Source: Eledone cirrhosa
Taxonomy: Eukaryota
NCBI GenBank assembly: GCA_964016885.1
Contig: OZ024740.1
Coordinates: forward strand, 171,058,001-171,122,000
DNA length: 64,000 nucleotides
Direction: 5' to 3'
In this document: piece by piece, positions 61,001-64,000 of the stretch
Position numbering within the stretch: position 1 is the stretch's first letter
Layout of the letters: every line of letters begins with the position of its first letter
Translations under genes and position numbers: made by a program
Notes under the pieces: generated by a model
Database searches by the model: none
The model's input: only the letters and a program-made list of their open reading frames with translations
What the model was told of the DNA's origin: nothing

Positions 61001-62305
61001 GAAAATATGGATCAGAACTGTCAGCGTACAACAAATACATTGCCCACAATACTTATGCTGTGCCAATTCTAACGTCAACATTTGGCCTGCTGAACTGGTC
61101 ATTGCAAGAAATAAGTGAGATGGATGTTAGAACTTGCAAACTTCTCAGTGTTACTGGGAACTTTAACATCAATGGTGATATGGATAGGCTCTACTTCTCA
61201 CGCAAGGAAGGTGACTGGGGTCTAAAATCCATATTAACATCATACCGGATAGTAACACTGAAGCAACATCTTCAACAGAGTAAAAAGGTTGGCAACCATC
61301 TTGCCCAGGTTTATGAGCATGAAAAACAATATCATTAGAATAGCCACTTATCTGGAGGAGAGATTTGGAATAAAGCCTGATATAAATCTCTCACCCAGAG
61401 AAATCGGAAGATCCTATTCAATGTTCAAACAATATGAAAAAATTGACCAATTTACAGAAAAAGTTGTGCATGGATACTTGAGGCGTAAAACACAGACCAT
61501 AGAGGGGATAAACCACTCAAAAAGCCTGGCATGGAGTTCCGACAAGTTTATGACATCACACCTTGAGGGATATCTCTATGCAATACAGGAACAAGAACTC
61601 CCTACCAAATATCTGCTGCACAAAAGAGGAGGGCCATCAGCTGACAATAAATGTAGGCTATGTAAAACAAAGATCGAGGATGTAAGCCACGTTGTGGCCA
61701 GCTGCGAAAGAATGTCATCTCGCTACTACCTCCCCATGAGACACGTTGGGATAGCTAGAACCATCTGGAACGCACTTCGGAAAACAAAATTAACAACAAA
61801 CGAGGAAGAATATATTAAGACAGATAGCACTAAGGAATACTGGTGGAACCTGAAAATAAAAGCTGCCACCAAATTAAAGCACAACCGGCCTGATATTGTT
61901 GTTTGGGACCACACATTGAAAACGTGTTCTGTTGTGGAGATCAGCTGCCCACTTGATGTAAACGTTGTCAGAAAAATACAGGAGAAGGAGGACATCTACG
62001 GACCATTGATGAGGAGTTTACAAATCCAGTATCCAAGATACACCTCTAGCTTCATACCCATCATTATTGGAGCTACGGGTTATATACCAACCCGCTTGGA
62101 CCAAAGTATGACTGAACTTGAATTTGCGGACAAAGAGGGCAGCTCCCTAATTCATAGTCTACAAATGGCTGCGATAGCTGGCACCTTCAAAATTTGCAAA
62201 ACATTCTTGCGATTCAAGGGATGACAATTTCTTTTCTTTTACAACCTTGCCACCAGGAAGGTGGCCGGTCAAACAAATATACTCGAAATTAAGAGAAAGA
62301 GATGA
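58097..62305 (+). mobile_element. Near full-length R4/Dong-type non-LTR retrotransposon in (TACA)n
   Basis: ~630-bp 5' UTR, one disrupted ORF, and an ~80-bp 3' UTR running straight into (CATA)n with no poly(A). TACA tracts on both flanks. Confidence 0.9.
58725..62224 (+). pseudogene. RT-CCHC-RLE polyprotein ORF with stops and frameshifts
   Basis: ATG at 58725 is in frame with ORF 58851 (TAA at 58836). Motifs: KSPGPD, NYRPIAC, WLDYQKEFDSVPH, GIFQGDSLS, FFVDDLKLY, CRLCKTKIEDVSHVVASC, RPDIVVWD...VVEISCP...KEDIY. Confidence 0.92.
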
Positions 62306-62423
62306 CATACACACATACATACATACATACATACATACATACATACATACATACATACATACATACATACATAAATACACACATACACACATACATAAAT
62401 ACACATACACACATACATACATA

Positions 62424-63777
62424 CAAATAAGGAAAGAACAAGAACTGAATACCTCAGAAGAGTAAAGAAAATATGGATCAGAACTGTCAGCGTACAACAA
62501 ATACATTGCCCACAATACTTATGCTGTGCCAATTCTAACGCCAACATTTGGCCTACTGAACTGGTCATTGCAAGAACTAAGTGAGATGGATGTTAGAACT
62601 CGCAAACTTCTCAGTGTTACTGGGAACTTTAACATCAATGGTGATGTGGATAGGCTATACTTCTCACGCAAGGAAGGTGGCCGGGGTCTAAAATACATAT
62701 TAACATCATATGAGACCCGGATAGTAACACTGAAGCAACACCTTCAACAGAGGAAAAAGTTTGGCAACCATCTTGCCCAGGTTTATGAGCATGAAAAAAA
62801 ATATATCATTAGAATAGCCACTGATCTGGAGGAGAGATTTGGAATAAAGCCTGATATAAATCTCTCACCCAGAGAAATCGGAAGATCCTATTCAATGTTC
62901 AAACAAGATGAAAAAATTGACCAATTTACAGAAAAAGTTGTGCATGGATACTTGAGGCGTAAAACACAGACCATAGAGGGGATAAACCACTCAAAAAGCC
63001 TGGCATGGAGTTCCGACAAGTTTATGACATCACACCTTGAGGGATATCTCTATGCAATACAGGAACAAGAACTCCCTACCAAATATCTGCTGCACAAAAG
63101 GGGAGGGCCATCAGCTGACAATAAATGTAGGCTATGTAAAACAAAGATCGAGGATGTAAGCCACGTTGTGGCCAGCTGCGAAAGAATGTCATCTCGCTAC
63201 TACCTCCCCATGAGACACGTTGGGATAGCTAGAACCATCTGGAACGCACTTCGGAAAACAAAATTAACAACAAACGAGGAAGAATATATTAAGACAGATA
63301 GCACTAAGGAATACTGGTGGAACCTGAAAATAAAAACTGCCACCAAATTAAAGCACAACCGGCCTGATATTGTGGTTTGGGACCATACATTGAAAACGTG
63401 TTCTGTTGTGGAGATCAGCTGCCCACTTGATGTAAACGTTGTCAGAAAAATACAGAAGGAGGACATCTACAGACCATTGATGAGGAGTTTACAAATCCAG
63501 TATCCAAGATACACCTTTAGCTTCATACCCATCATTATTGGAGCTACGGGTTATATACCAACCCGCTTGGACCAAAGTATGACTGAACTTGGATTTGCGG
63601 ACAAAGAGCGCAGCTCCCTAATTCATAGTCTACAAATGGCTGCGATAGCTGGCACCTCCAAAATTTGCAAAACATTCTTGCGATTCAAGGGATGACAATT
63701 TCTTTTCTTTTACAACCTTGCCACCAGGAAGGTGGCCGGTCAAAAAAAATATACTCGAAATTAAGAGAAAGAGATTA
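62424..63777 (+). mobile_element. 5'-truncated tandem second copy of the same element (389-codon open 3' frame)
   Basis: Aligns with 60958-62305, has the same 3' terminus, and is flanked by (TACA)n. Confidence 0.92.
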
Positions 63778-64000
63778 CATACATACATACACACATATAT
63801 ACATACATACATATACACATACATACATACTCGCATACATACACACATACATACATACATACATACATACATACATACATACATACATACATACATACAT
63901 ACATACATACATACTCGCATACATACACACATACATACATACATACATACATACATACATACATACATACATACATACATACATACATACATACACACAT
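63778..64000. repeat. (TACA)n microsatellite
   Basis: Direct reading. Confidence 0.95.

Overview
AT-rich, repeat-saturated eukaryotic DNA with no host gene that I can support. Nearly every ORF in the track is a translated microsatellite. The SINE families and simple-repeat load look like an octopod cephalopod genome (inference from recalled repeat consensus, not tested). Contents: (1) very long (TA)n, (TACA)n, (CA)n and triplet arrays, plus a 200-N gap at 22407-22606; (2) a near full-length but disrupted R4/Dong-type non-LTR retrotransposon (RT + CCHC + restriction-like endonuclease) at about 58.1-62.3 kb, a tandem 5'-truncated second copy, and several 3' remnants of a sister family, nearly all sitting in (TACA)n tracts; (3) RTE LINE fragments and RTE-type short retroposons with (ATGT)n tails; (4) decayed Penelope-like (PLE) RT/GIY-YIG fragments, a mariner remnant and two MITEs; (5) many tRNA-derived SINEs. 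The main hidden signal is RNA structure. About ten type I hammerhead ribozyme motifs from several distinct families lie in short elements embedded in microsatellites. One is a well-paired hammerhead inside a roughly 440-bp circularly permuted, retrozyme-like unit at 33.0-33.8 kb, and two carry large branched insertions in helix II. Fold-back palindromes recur at (TA)n edges. All folds and alignments were done by eye and boundaries are approximate.
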